The position numbers were made by a program, and so were the translations under genes. Of a DNA stretch of 64,000 bases, positions 9,617 to 19,906 are shown piece by piece; positions within the stretch are counted from its first letter, which is position 1, and every line of letters starts with the position of its first letter. Origin of the DNA: an uncultured Gammaproteobacteria bacterium (GTDB lineage Bacteria > Patescibacteriota > Microgenomatia > UBA12405); NCBI GenBank assembly GCA_964628885.1, contig CAZVMP010000001.1, positions 43,459 through 107,458 on the forward strand. Direction: 5' to 3'. The notes below the pieces were generated by a model. The model was not told the DNA's origin. It saw nothing but the letters and a program-made list of their open reading frames with translations, and did no database searches.

Positions 9617-10591
9617 TTAATCTTTTTTAAACCGCTTGTGCCAATTCCAGGCATCTTTCATAATTGTCTCTAACTCAAAATATTTTGACTGCCAATTTAA
9701 AACTTTCTTTGCTTTAGTAGCATCAGCAATTAATATTGGGGGGTCACCTGGTCGACGATCTTTTTCTGTTACCTTAAAATCAATCCCAGTAACTTTTTTG
9801 GCTACATTTATCACTTCTTTTACTGAAAATCCTTGACCGTTACCCAAGTTAAAATAATTACTCTCTCCACCATTTATTAAATATTCTAAAGCTAAAACAT
9901 GAGCCTCAGCCAAATCCACCACATGAATATAATCCCGAATACATGTCCCGTCTGGAGTCTCATAATCAGTTCCAAAAATACCAATTTCTGGTCTAGCTCC
10001 AATTGCCGCATCCAAAGTTAATGGGATTAGATTAGAACTTGTTCCTTGCCATTCACCCACTTCACCTTCAGGTTCAGCCCCACAAGCATTAAAATACCTC
10101 AAAGAGACATATTTAAATCCATAAGCTTGTCCATAATCCCTCATTATATGTTCTACTATCAGTTTAGTTTCTCCATAAGGATTGATTGGATTTTGGGGAT
10201 GATTTTCATCAATTGGAATATATTTTGGCTCTCCAAAAATTGCCGCTGATGACGAAAAAATAAACTTATTAACCCCAGCCTCCTTCATTGCCTCAAACAA
10301 ATTTAAAGTGTTAGCAACATTATTCTTGTAATACTTTTGCGGATCGACCACTGATTCTCCCACCGCCTTAAAGGCGGCAAAATGTAACACTGCTTCAATT
10401 GAGTATTTTTTAAATACTTCTCTAATATCTTCAATTTTTCCTAAATCACCCTCAAAAAATTCCCCATATTTAATTAATTCTCTTTTTCCAGTGGATAAAT
10501 TATCAAAAACAACCGTTTTGATTCCTTTTTTATTTAACTCTTTATTAACTGTTGAACCGATATATCCGGCTCCACCGACAATTAAAATCAT
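9617..10591 (-). CDS. galE: UDP-glucose 4-epimerase
   Basis: 'MILIVGGAGYIGS', 'FSSSAAIFGEP', 'YGETK' (YxxxK), 324 aa. Confidence 0.9.
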   Translation of the reverse strand: MILIVGGAGYIGSTVNKELNKKGIKTVVFDNLSTGKRELIKYGEFFEGDLGKIEDIREVFKKYSIEAVLHFAAFKAVGESVVDPQKYYKNNVANTLNLFEAMKEAGVNKFIFSSSAAIFGEPKYIPIDENHPQNPINPYGETKLIVEHIMRDYGQAYGFKYVSLRYFNACGAEPEGEVGEWQGTSSNLIPLTLDAAIGARPEIGIFGTDYETPDGTCIRDYIHVVDLAEAHVLALEYLINGGESNYFNLGNGQGFSVKEVINVAKKVTGIDFKVTEKDRRPGDPPILIADATKAKKVLNWQSKYFELETIMKDAWNWHKRFKKD

Positions 10592-10626
10592 CTTTAGATT
10601 AATAACTAACTAAACCATTTTATCAT

Positions 10627-11736
10627 TTATCCTAAGACTACTTTCTCCCAAGGATAACTACTATTTCCAAAATGCCCATATTTAGCCGTTTGTTGGTAAA
10701 TAGGTCTTTTTAAATCAAATTTCTTAATAATTCCTTCGATTGATAAATCCATTAAATTCCAACAAAATTTTTCAATTTCTTTAATATTACTTTTAGCGCT
10801 ACCAAAAGTCTCTATCGACTTAACCATGGCATCTTTTTGCCCAATCACATAAGCTAACTGAACTTCACATCTATCAACTAAACCTGCCGCCACGATATTT
10901 TTAGCCAGATATCTGGCAGCATAAGCCCCACTTCTATCAACCTTTGTTGGGTCTTTGCCAGAAAAACAACCACCACCAATTCTTCCCATTCCTCCATAGC
11001 TATCAACTACGATTTTTCTTCCAGTCACTCCAGTATCGACTGCTGGACCACCTATTTTCCAAACTCCAGTTCCGTTCAAAATTACTTTGTCCTTTCCAAC
11101 CTTATTAAGCCCAAACTCATCTAATAACGGCAAAATTACTAATTTATACAAATCATTAGTTACCTCATTTATAGAAATATCACCACCATATGGTTTGGCT
11201 AAAATAATTTTTTCAATTGATTTTGGAAAACCGTTTTTATAAGACACGCTTACTTCAGCTTTACCATCAGGCCGAAGATATGGTAAATCTGACAACATTA
11301 ATTCATCCATTTTCTGACAAATACTACGTGCCAACATTATTGGTAATGGCATCAATTCTCGAGTTTCTCGACAAGCATAACCATACATCATCCCTTGATC
11401 TCCAGCCCCTTTGTTATCAACTCCCAGAGCAATATCTTCAGATTGTTGATGAATTAAAACTTTTATTGGACTTTGATGCCAAAAACCAAATTCTTTATCA
11501 GTATAACCAAGTTTTTTAATTACCTTTCTGGCCACAGATTGATAGTCTATTTTTTCCCGACAACTAACTTCTCCTGCCATGATTAAACAATTAGAAGTAG
11601 CCAATGTTTCAACTGCCACCCTGGCATTACCATCCTTTGATAAAGCTTTATCTAAAATGGCATCTGACACCTGATCACAAATTTTATCTGGATGACCAGC
11701 ACAAACCGACTCAGAAACAAAAATAGGGTAATTCAT
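10627..11736 (-). CDS. metK: S-adenosylmethionine synthetase
   Basis: 'FVSESVCAGHPDKICDQVSDAILD' and 'GGGCFSGKDPTKVDRSGAYAARY' are canonical MetK motifs. Confidence 0.9.
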   Translation of the reverse strand: MNYPIFVSESVCAGHPDKICDQVSDAILDKALSKDGNARVAVETLATSNCLIMAGEVSCREKIDYQSVARKVIKKLGYTDKEFGFWHQSPIKVLIHQQSEDIALGVDNKGAGDQGMMYGYACRETRELMPLPIMLARSICQKMDELMLSDLPYLRPDGKAEVSVSYKNGFPKSIEKIILAKPYGGDISINEVTNDLYKLVILPLLDEFGLNKVGKDKVILNGTGVWKIGGPAVDTGVTGRKIVVDSYGGMGRIGGGCFSGKDPTKVDRSGAYAARYLAKNIVAAGLVDRCEVQLAYVIGQKDAMVKSIETFGSAKSNIKEIEKFCWNLMDLSIEGIIKKFDLKRPIYQQTAKYGHFGNSSYPWEKVVLG

Positions 11737-11879
11737 ATTTTTCCTTTCTAAATTAATAAAGGCCTATCTTCCTTTTTTAGGAAAAGCACCGTGAACTTAT
11801 TTTGTCTCGGTTGCTGCCACTGATTTAAAATCAGGACTCTTGATAGTTAATTTGATTATTAAACATCTTTTTCAAAATG

Positions 11880-12830
11880 TCAAAGCTTTTTTTCTCGACT
11901 CCTTTTAAAATCTGGAGTTAAAGTCACTAGTCCACCAATTAAAGAAGTTATTATTCCTAAAATACCAGAGAATGTCGACATCAACAGTACACTTTCTCCT
12001 GAAGTTGTCCCGGTTACAAAAAAGTATAAAAATAATTGCTCTCTAGCTCCAAAACCAGCAAAAGATATCGGCAAGGTTAATATTGTTGATATCACTGGTA
12101 AAAATATCAATATTGATATTACTGATAAATTAGTTCCAAAATACCAACCTATAAACCAAACTTGTCCAATCCAAAACATATCACTTACCAACGATATCCC
12201 CAAAGACTTTAATATCTGACCTAAATTATTTTTATCTACCAAATCAACTATTTCACCAAACTTTTTCAACCACTTAAATCTTAAAATTTTTCTAACATCA
12301 AAGAAAATAACTAAAATATAAAATAGCAAGCAGCCAATAAATAATCCCAGAAACATTATCCGAATAATAACTGGAATTTCCACCCCTTTTATTCCTGCTA
12401 CAAAAATCATTATAAATCCCAAAAAAACAAATACCGTTAATCCAATAAATCTATCTAATAATATTGACCCTAATAATTTTGATTTTGGAATTTCCGGATA
12501 TTTTTCATCAATAATGATCCACTTTAAGGCATCACCAGCTAATGCTGATGAGGGTAAAAACAATCCATAAAACGAAGCCGATAAACTTGATTTTAAAAAC
12601 AAGATAACATCTTTTAGTTTTGGCTTTTTAAGAATCAGCAAACTCCATCGCCAAGAAACTAAGCCTACCAATGTTAAACTGATCAGGATATTTGCCACTA
12701 TAAACCACCATTCAACTTTCGATAATTCTCTTAACAAAAAAGCTACATCTACCGTTCTAAAAGCAAAATAAATCAACACCGACGATATCAGAATCTTAAT
12801 TATTTTAGAATTTATTATTTTCTTAAACAT
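11880..12830 (-). CDS. Membrane protein, lysylphosphatidylglycerol-synthase-TM / flippase-like (UPF0104) family
   Basis: About 8 TM helices; the N-terminal 'KIIKILISSVLIYFAFRTVD' and overall profile are typical of the PF03706 family. Confidence 0.55.
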   Translation of the reverse strand: MFKKIINSKIIKILISSVLIYFAFRTVDVAFLLRELSKVEWWFIVANILISLTLVGLVSWRWSLLILKKPKLKDVILFLKSSLSASFYGLFLPSSALAGDALKWIIIDEKYPEIPKSKLLGSILLDRFIGLTVFVFLGFIMIFVAGIKGVEIPVIIRIMFLGLFIGCLLFYILVIFFDVRKILRFKWLKKFGEIVDLVDKNNLGQILKSLGISLVSDMFWIGQVWFIGWYFGTNLSVISILIFLPVISTILTLPISFAGFGAREQLFLYFFVTGTTSGESVLLMSTFSGILGIITSLIGGLVTLTPDFKRSREKKL

Positions 12831-12873
12831 GTCTCAACCATTAGAATAGCACGTATAATAATTGTAAATAAAT

Positions 12874-14097
12874 ATGTCCAAAGTTTTACTCATCAGTCAT
12901 ATTTTTCCGCCGGCCATTGATGGCGGATCAAAAGTTATTTATAAACTTGGTCAATACCTTAAATCTCAAAACTTTGATGTCTTGTATCTTTCTTCTAACT
13001 GCTCTAGTAGCGATGATTTTATTAACCCAAAATACCAACCGTCACCCCAATTAACCTCTAACCAGATCAAACTTCCGGTTTATCACCGTCTCCGCCGACC
13101 TTTAAAATTCATTAATCTTTTTATCCCTCAAAAAACCTATCTTCACGGTCTCTTATCTGTTTTTCAAAAAGGCCCAGTTTTTCGCTTGTTTCCATTCTTA
13201 AAATCGATCTCTATTATTATAAAATTTCGTCCCGATTATATTATTGCTGGCCCACTTCCCACTACTAATGTTTGGTACGCTCATTTTTTAAAAAAAATTA
13301 TCCAAAAAATATCCCATCACCCAGTTAAGATTTTGATTAACGCTTCATTCCATCCTTCAGACCCTGATTTCTATCAACTTCCTTTAGTTTGTGCTCTCCA
13401 ACAATCAGATTATCTCTGGACACTTTCCCAATTTGAAACCAATTACTTTATTAACCAATTTCATATTCCTCCCTCAAAAATTATTCTTGCCGGTAACGGA
13501 GTTGATGATAAATTTATCAAAAAAAATTCTACCCCAAAACCTCAACCATTAACCAACCTCCTCTTTATTGGATCTCTTTCTGCCCACAAAGGCATTAAGA
13601 CTCTTATTAATAGCTTTAACCATTTAGTCTTAAATCAGAATCAAACAAATCTTAGACTAATTATTGCTGGTCAAAAAACTCTTTATTATCCTGTCATTAA
13701 ACAACAAATTAACACCCTTCCTAAATCAGTTTCTCAAAAAATAAAATTCGTTTTTAACTTTCCTCAAAACAAACTCCAAAAACTCATTGATAATGCTTAT
13801 CTTTTAATTTTACCCTCACATTACGAAAGCTTTGGTTTGGTGGTTATTGAAGCCTGGGCCAGAGGAAAACCGGTTATCACTAGTAATATTCCAGCTCTTA
13901 ATGAAATTGTTTCTCAAGCCAAAGGTGGACTAAGCTTTAAATTAGATGATTTCCAACACCTCTCCTCCCAAATTATGAAATTAATTAAATCTCCTCAAAC
14001 AGCAGTTATACTTGGGCAAAATGGTAAAAAATATGTTAAAAATAATTATCTATGGACAAAAGTCGGACAAAAAATATGTCAAAAATTATTATCTTAA
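12874..14097 (+). CDS. Glycosyltransferase family 1 (GT4-like)
   Basis: C-terminal 'ESFGLVVIEAWARGKPVITSNIPALNEIV' (the GT1 EX7E region). Confidence 0.8.
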   Translation: MSKVLLISHIFPPAIDGGSKVIYKLGQYLKSQNFDVLYLSSNCSSSDDFINPKYQPSPQLTSNQIKLPVYHRLRRPLKFINLFIPQKTYLHGLLSVFQKGPVFRLFPFLKSISIIIKFRPDYIIAGPLPTTNVWYAHFLKKIIQKISHHPVKILINASFHPSDPDFYQLPLVCALQQSDYLWTLSQFETNYFINQFHIPPSKIILAGNGVDDKFIKKNSTPKPQPLTNLLFIGSLSAHKGIKTLINSFNHLVLNQNQTNLRLIIAGQKTLYYPVIKQQINTLPKSVSQKIKFVFNFPQNKLQKLIDNAYLLILPSHYESFGLVVIEAWARGKPVITSNIPALNEIVSQAKGGLSFKLDDFQHLSSQIMKLIKSPQTAVILGQNGKKYVKNNYLWTKVGQKICQKLLS

Positions 14098-14540
14098 TTA
14101 TCATCGTAATTGTTGCTGGCATTATTTACTTTATATCTCAACCAAAAAATAAATCTCAAAATTTTGATCAAAATATTAGCATCAACATCAAAGGAAACCC
14201 TTATTATCTTGAAGTTGCTAAAACTTTTACCTCTAGACAAAAGGGCTTATCTAACAGAACCGAACTTTGCTCTAATTGCGGAATGTTATTTGTTTTTGAC
14301 CGTGAAGGAAAATATCCTTTTTGGATGAAAGATACCAAAATTCCTCTAGATATTATTTGGTTAAACTCAAAATTTGAGATTGTAAAAATTATTACTGCCA
14401 CCGAAACCAACTCTCTTAAGAGTTTTACTAACAACCAACCTGCTATGTATGTTATTGAATTAAATGCTAATGAATCTTTTAGACTCGATCTAAAAATAGG
14501 GGATATTATTCAACTATCCACTTCCGGTAATGAAGTCTAA
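14076..14540 (+). CDS. DUF192 (COG1430) family protein with N-terminal TM anchor
   Basis: 'CGMLFVFDREGKYPFWMKDTKIPLDIIWLNSKFEIVKI' matches the DUF192 core. The start is chosen at the internal Met 'MSKIIILIII'; the ORF track starts it at 14052. Confidence 0.6.
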   Translation: MSKIIILIIIVIVAGIIYFISQPKNKSQNFDQNISINIKGNPYYLEVAKTFTSRQKGLSNRTELCSNCGMLFVFDREGKYPFWMKDTKIPLDIIWLNSKFEIVKIITATETNSLKSFTNNQPAMYVIELNANESFRLDLKIGDIIQLSTSGNEV

Positions 14541-15537
14541 AACCCACCTCAATCTTAACTACTCTATCATTATTCCTAATTATAATGGTTCTGCCTTTAT
14601 CCTTGATTGTCTTAAATCACTTTTTTCTGCCATTAAAAAATGTCCCAAAAACCAGTTTGAAATTATCTTAGTAGATAACAACTCTCACGATAATAGTCCC
14701 AAAATATTTAAAAGTTTTTTTAAAAAAAATAATCTACCTCATCTCCAATCTAATATTTATCAGCTAACTTCTAACTTGGGTTTTGCTGCTGCCGTCAACC
14801 ACGGTATTAATCAAGCCAAACATTCTTTTGTGGTTGTTACCAATAATGATATCGTTTTAAAATCTGACTGGTTTAAGCTTGTTTCCAATGCTATTGCTCA
14901 AAATCAATTACCTAAAATTTCAACCTTCTTTGGAACCGTTTTAACCCGTGACGGTAAAAAATTTGAATCTCAAGGATTAAAATTCTTTCTAAACGGGCGC
15001 TGTCATAATATTTCCAACGGCAAAAAATTTATTTCCTCTAAACTAAGCTCTCAAAACATCCCTTCCTGGGGAGCTTCTGCCGCCTTAGCCGTTTACCCTA
15101 AAAAAATAATTCAATCAGTTGGACTCTTTGATTCAACTTTTTTTGCCTATGAAGAAGATGTTGATTTATCCCTTCGTTTTCATAAACTTGGCTACCAATC
15201 TCTCTACATTCCCCAAGCTATTTCTTACCACTGGGGAGGCTCTACCAGTAAACTAATGGGGAATTTCCGTCATCGTATGGATGCTAAAAATTGGATTTAT
15301 ATTATCATTAAAAATTATTCTGCCCAAGAATTTTGGACAAACTGTTGGCAAATTTTTATTGAACGTCTTAGAAATTTTTCCGGACTTATCAAAAACACTC
15401 TTAAAATTTATAAACTAAAATCAATTTTCCGCCTACCACTAGATATCATTTCCACTTACGGAGAAGTTATCATTAAACTTCCAGAAATGTTTCAAAAACG
15501 CCATCAAATCCAAAAAATGATAAAATATCATTATTAA
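14530..15537 (+). CDS. Glycosyltransferase family 2
   Basis: 'YSIIIPNYNGSAFI...EIILVDNNSHDNS' and the 'YEEDVDLSLR' (DxD region). Confidence 0.8.
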   Translation: MKSKTHLNLNYSIIIPNYNGSAFILDCLKSLFSAIKKCPKNQFEIILVDNNSHDNSPKIFKSFFKKNNLPHLQSNIYQLTSNLGFAAAVNHGINQAKHSFVVVTNNDIVLKSDWFKLVSNAIAQNQLPKISTFFGTVLTRDGKKFESQGLKFFLNGRCHNISNGKKFISSKLSSQNIPSWGASAALAVYPKKIIQSVGLFDSTFFAYEEDVDLSLRFHKLGYQSLYIPQAISYHWGGSTSKLMGNFRHRMDAKNWIYIIIKNYSAQEFWTNCWQIFIERLRNFSGLIKNTLKIYKLKSIFRLPLDIISTYGEVIIKLPEMFQKRHQIQKMIKYHY

Positions 15538-15577
15538 TTTTTATTAAACATCCTAAAGCCGCCCTTCTAATAACAAT

Positions 15578-16708
15578 ATGATTATCGGAATTGATGTTTC
15601 TTCTGTCTGTTACCAAACCGGCGTTAGTAACTATACTTTAAATTTAATCAGAAATTTAATTACTCTTGATAAAACCAATCACTATAAATTATTTTATTCT
15701 TCACTTAGAATGCCCTTACCCGAATCTATTAAGTCGCTTGGGCAAAAAACTAATGTTACTATTTTTCATTACCGTCTTCCGCCAACCTTGTTACAATTTA
15801 TTTGGAATCAGTTTAGAATTTTACCTATAGAACTTTTTATCGGTAAATGTCATCTCTTTCACACTTCTGACTGGACTCAGCCTCCGACTTTTTTTGCCAA
15901 AACTATTGCTACTATTCACGACCTAACTCCATTCTTATATCCCCAATGGCACCACCCTAAGGTTATTAATGCTCACCGTCGCAAAATGCATTGGGCTGTC
16001 AAAAAATGTCAACATCTCATTTGTGTCTCTAAAAACACCCAATCTGATTTACTAAAACTATTTCCTAGTTTCAATCCTAAAAACACCAGCATTATTTACG
16101 AATCAGCTGAATCAAAATATGGCCAATTCCTCAAACTACCCCCTTTGTCTCAAGAAAAGAAAAAACTAGTCATCAAAAAACAGTATGGTTTAGAAAACTT
16201 TATTTTAGCCCAAGGCACGAGAGAACCTAGAAAAAACCTTAATCGTCTTATGGAAGCCTTTATTCTCTTTAAAAAGAAGTATCCTAAAACTAGGATTCAA
16301 CTGGCAATTACTGGCAAATATGGTTGGGGACAAGATATTACCATCAAAGATCCTAGTATTAAAATACTCGGATTTATCCCCGAGAAAAATATGGTTGGAC
16401 TCCATGCCAGTGCTATCTGTTTAGCCTATCCATCACTTTACGAAGGTTTTGGTCTCCCGATTATTAAATCTCTTAAAGTTGGTGTTCCAGTCATCACCAG
16501 TAATAATTCCTCATTAATAGAAATTTCTCAAGGAGCCGCCGTTTTAGTTGACCCAACTTCTACTAAAGATATTGCTAAAGCTATAGAAAAAATTGTTCAT
16601 TCTAAAAAAACCCGCCAACAACTTAGCCATAAAGGATTAGAAATCGCTAAAAAATTCAGTTGGCAAACTGCTGCCAAAGAAACCTTACAAATTTATAATT
16701 CTATTTAA
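15578..16708 (+). CDS. Glycosyltransferase family 1
   Basis: 'YEGFGLPIIKSLKVGVPVITSNNSSLIEI'. Confidence 0.8.
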   Translation: MIIGIDVSSVCYQTGVSNYTLNLIRNLITLDKTNHYKLFYSSLRMPLPESIKSLGQKTNVTIFHYRLPPTLLQFIWNQFRILPIELFIGKCHLFHTSDWTQPPTFFAKTIATIHDLTPFLYPQWHHPKVINAHRRKMHWAVKKCQHLICVSKNTQSDLLKLFPSFNPKNTSIIYESAESKYGQFLKLPPLSQEKKKLVIKKQYGLENFILAQGTREPRKNLNRLMEAFILFKKKYPKTRIQLAITGKYGWGQDITIKDPSIKILGFIPEKNMVGLHASAICLAYPSLYEGFGLPIIKSLKVGVPVITSNNSSLIEISQGAAVLVDPTSTKDIAKAIEKIVHSKKTRQQLSHKGLEIAKKFSWQTAAKETLQIYNSI

Positions 16709-16709
16709 T

Positions 16710-17822
16710 ATGTTAATCGGCATTGATGGTAATGAAGCCAATGTTGTTAATAAAGTTGGAGTTGGTCAATATGCCTTTAAACTCCTTTGGTATCTCTATC
16801 ACCTCGATCAAAAAAATCATTACTTAATTTACCTCAAAGACCAACCATCCCCAGACCTACCTCCAGCTAACACTAATTGGCAATATCAAGTTTTTGGCCC
16901 AGCCAAACTTTGGACCAGGTTTGCTCTACCACTCCGATTACTGTTTCAAAAACAAAAACTTAATCTTTTTTTCTCTCCCAGTCACTATTCTCCAATTTTT
17001 TCAAGATTTCCAACAATTCCCACTATTCACGATATTGGTTATCTCCAATTTAAAGATCAATTTAATCACAAAGACCTACACCAACTAATTTATTGGACTC
17101 AACAATCCCTCCAACAAGCCAAAGAGATTGTCACTGTCTCTCAATTTTCTAAAAACGAAATTATTAAAACTTATCAAGTAGACCCTAAAAAAATTACTAT
17201 TGCCTACAACGGGGTTGATAACCCTCCAAAAATTAATTCCAAAACTCAACAAAAAATTCTATCAAGCTACCAGCTCCAAACCAACAACTATTATCTCTAT
17301 CTCGGAACTCTTAAACCTAATAAAAATATTCCTTTTCTTATTCAATCTTTTGCCCTACTTCTTAAAACTTCAAAACCTCCTCACCCAAAGTTAGTTATTG
17401 CTGGTAAAAAAGGCTGGTTGTTTGACGAAATTTTTGCCACTGTTAAAAAAGAGGGGATTACTAATCAAGTAGTTTTTACTGACTTTGTTAGCGAAGATCA
17501 AAAATGGACACTTTATCAACACGCCATCGCTTCAGTTTTACCCAGCACTTACGAAGGCTTTGGAATTCCCGCCATTGAATCAATGAAAGTTGGCACTCCG
17601 GTTGTGGTTTCTTCCATCCCTCCCTTTAAAGAAGTCGTTCAAGATAGTGGTTTATTTATTAATCCTGCCGACAAAAATGATCTTTGTCAAAAAATGATTG
17701 AGATTGCCAATCCAAAGATAAATAAAAAGTTTTCAAAACTAGCCAAGGCTCAAGCTGATAAATTTACCTGGGAATCAACCGCAAAAACAATTATCAATCT
17801 ATTTAATAAATATCAAAAATAG
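16710..17822 (+). CDS. Glycosyltransferase family 1
   Basis: 'YEGFGIPAIESMKVGTPVVVSSIPPFKEVV'. Confidence 0.8.
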   Translation: MLIGIDGNEANVVNKVGVGQYAFKLLWYLYHLDQKNHYLIYLKDQPSPDLPPANTNWQYQVFGPAKLWTRFALPLRLLFQKQKLNLFFSPSHYSPIFSRFPTIPTIHDIGYLQFKDQFNHKDLHQLIYWTQQSLQQAKEIVTVSQFSKNEIIKTYQVDPKKITIAYNGVDNPPKINSKTQQKILSSYQLQTNNYYLYLGTLKPNKNIPFLIQSFALLLKTSKPPHPKLVIAGKKGWLFDEIFATVKKEGITNQVVFTDFVSEDQKWTLYQHAIASVLPSTYEGFGIPAIESMKVGTPVVVSSIPPFKEVVQDSGLFINPADKNDLCQKMIEIANPKINKKFSKLAKAQADKFTWESTAKTIINLFNKYQK

Positions 17823-17853
17823 TCATCCTCTTTAAAACTGTTAAACTATAGCT

Positions 17854-18447
17854 ATGAAAGACAGAAATGGTCAATCTCTTAGCCCCCAAAAAACATTTCA
17901 AAAAATAGTTATCCGTATTCAAACTATTTTTTTAGAATTCTGGCTGATGATATTACGTCTGGTTGGTTTTATTCCTCTTCATTTTGTTAGAAAAATCTTT
18001 TATCTTCTTTCCGGAATTAATCTCCCTTGGGATTCTACTATTCACCTCGGTGCCAACTTTTTTAAACCTTCAAATATTACCATTGGTCATGACACTATTA
18101 TTGGAGATCATTGTTTTCTTGACGGTCGAGCTCCTTTAACTATTGGCAATCATGTTGGAATTGCCAGCCAAGTCCTTATTTATAACGACGAACATAACAT
18201 CAACTCACCAGAATATGACAATTCTTTTGGACCTGTTACTATTGGCGACTATGTTTTTATTGGCCCCAGAGCTATTATTTTACCCAACATTAATATTGGT
18301 AAGGGGGCTGTTGTTGCTGCTGGAGCGGTTGTTACTAAAAATATTCCTGATTTTGAAATCTGGGGAGGAGTCCCAGCTCAAAAAATATCCACCAGAAAAA
18401 TCACTAATCCGAATTATAAACTCGGCCGCCCCATGTTATTTCAATAA
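17854..18447 (+). CDS. Sugar O-acetyltransferase, left-handed beta-helix (hexapeptide repeat) family
   Basis: Hexapeptide repeats 'IGDHCFLDG...IGNHVGIASQV...IGDYVFIGPRAII...IGKGAVVAAGAVV'. Confidence 0.8.
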   Translation: MKDRNGQSLSPQKTFQKIVIRIQTIFLEFWLMILRLVGFIPLHFVRKIFYLLSGINLPWDSTIHLGANFFKPSNITIGHDTIIGDHCFLDGRAPLTIGNHVGIASQVLIYNDEHNINSPEYDNSFGPVTIGDYVFIGPRAIILPNINIGKGAVVAAGAVVTKNIPDFEIWGGVPAQKISTRKITNPNYKLGRPMLFQ

Positions 18448-18983
18448 TGATTAAAAAAATCTTCTATTCCTTACTTGTTCTTTTCAATCTCTTATCTTTA
18501 ATTTATTTAATTTCCCCCCTACCAGACCTTCCTGATCTTCCTAATAGCATCAAATCAGATTTACCCGGAGACACTATTCAAATAAGCAATGTTTCTGCCT
18601 ACTACACCAATATGAGTCGAACCGAAGTTATGAATTTTTATAAAGCCTACTACACCGGTATTTTTCGATTTAACCTTAACCATCCTCCTGAAAAAGCCCA
18701 AGATATTATTGTTGACACCATCCCCAGTTATTATCTAGAAGAAATTGTCCTCCCCTTAAAAGAATCCCTCTATATCAACGGTTTTGAATGGGAAAAAGAT
18801 GTTTTTACTAAACCTGAAAACCGAATTAAAAACAAACTAATCTATCAAGACAAAGAATACCACGCTAAAATTACTCTCCGCCGTTTTCCTACCAGTATTG
18901 CTAACCGCCTAATAACTTTTTTTATCACCGAAATTTCCTTAATTATTACTTTCTTTGCCCTTAAATCATTTCTTAAAAAATGA
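18447..18983 (+). CDS. Hypothetical membrane protein (N- and C-terminal TM)
   Basis: ORF with good codon-context continuity inside the operon; no recognisable family. Confidence 0.4.
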   Translation: MIKKIFYSLLVLFNLLSLIYLISPLPDLPDLPNSIKSDLPGDTIQISNVSAYYTNMSRTEVMNFYKAYYTGIFRFNLNHPPEKAQDIIVDTIPSYYLEEIVLPLKESLYINGFEWEKDVFTKPENRIKNKLIYQDKEYHAKITLRRFPTSIANRLITFFITEISLIITFFALKSFLKK

Positions 18984-19906
18984 ACCCTATCCTTTCTATT
19001 ATTATAGTTTCCTACAATACTGCCGATATCACCATTAATTGTCTTAAATCAATTATTCGTGACAAAGGTCTTGGTCAATTTGATTATGAAATTATTGTTA
19101 TTGATAACAATTCTGCCGATGATAGTCTTACCAAACTTAAACAATTCCAAAAAAATCTTAATTTTAAAAATATCTCCTTTAAGATTATTGCCAACAAAAC
19201 TAACTTCGGTTTTGGTAAAGCTAATAATCAGGGACTTAAAATTGCTAGTGGTAATTACATTCTCTTTTTAAACTCTGATACCATTATCCTTCATTCTGCT
19301 ATTAGTCAGGCTCTTGATTGGCTCTGTTCTCATCCTGAAAGCTCTACTTGCACCGCCCAACTTCTTAATCAAGACAAAACTATTCAGGCTTCTGGTGGCT
19401 TCTTTCCTAATTTAGCTAACATTTTTACCTGGTGTCTCAATTTAGATGATCTCCCCTTAGTTAATAAAATTATTAAACCTATTCATCCTCATACTCCAAA
19501 TTTCTATACTCGAGACAAATTTTATCTTTTAGACCATCGTCAAGATTGGGTTACTGGAGCTTTTTTTCTCACTCGAAAACCTTTGTTAGATAAAGTCAAA
19601 GGTTTTGATGAGACTTATTTTATGTACGGAGAAGAACTTGAACTCTCGTATAGAATTTATCAATCCACTCCCGATAATCAAGTTTGGTATCTTGTCGGCC
19701 CTCAAATCATTCACTTAGGTGGAGCTTCAGCTGTAAAAAAACTTGACCCCATTCTTAATGAATACCGAGGATTTCTATCATTTTTCAAAAAACACAAACC
19801 TAAATGGCAATATCCCATCGTTAGGTTTTTACTTAAAATTAATGCCATTATTAGATCAGTTATTAATTTTTCTCCCACCTACTTCCAGGCATGTTTAAAA
19901 ATATAA
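18980..19906 (+). CDS. Glycosyltransferase family 2
   Basis: 'LSIIIVSYNTADITINCL...EIIVIDNNSADDS...FGFGKANNQG'. Confidence 0.8.
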   Translation: MNPILSIIIVSYNTADITINCLKSIIRDKGLGQFDYEIIVIDNNSADDSLTKLKQFQKNLNFKNISFKIIANKTNFGFGKANNQGLKIASGNYILFLNSDTIILHSAISQALDWLCSHPESSTCTAQLLNQDKTIQASGGFFPNLANIFTWCLNLDDLPLVNKIIKPIHPHTPNFYTRDKFYLLDHRQDWVTGAFFLTRKPLLDKVKGFDETYFMYGEELELSYRIYQSTPDNQVWYLVGPQIIHLGGASAVKKLDPILNEYRGFLSFFKKHKPKWQYPIVRFLLKINAIIRSVINFSPTYFQACLKI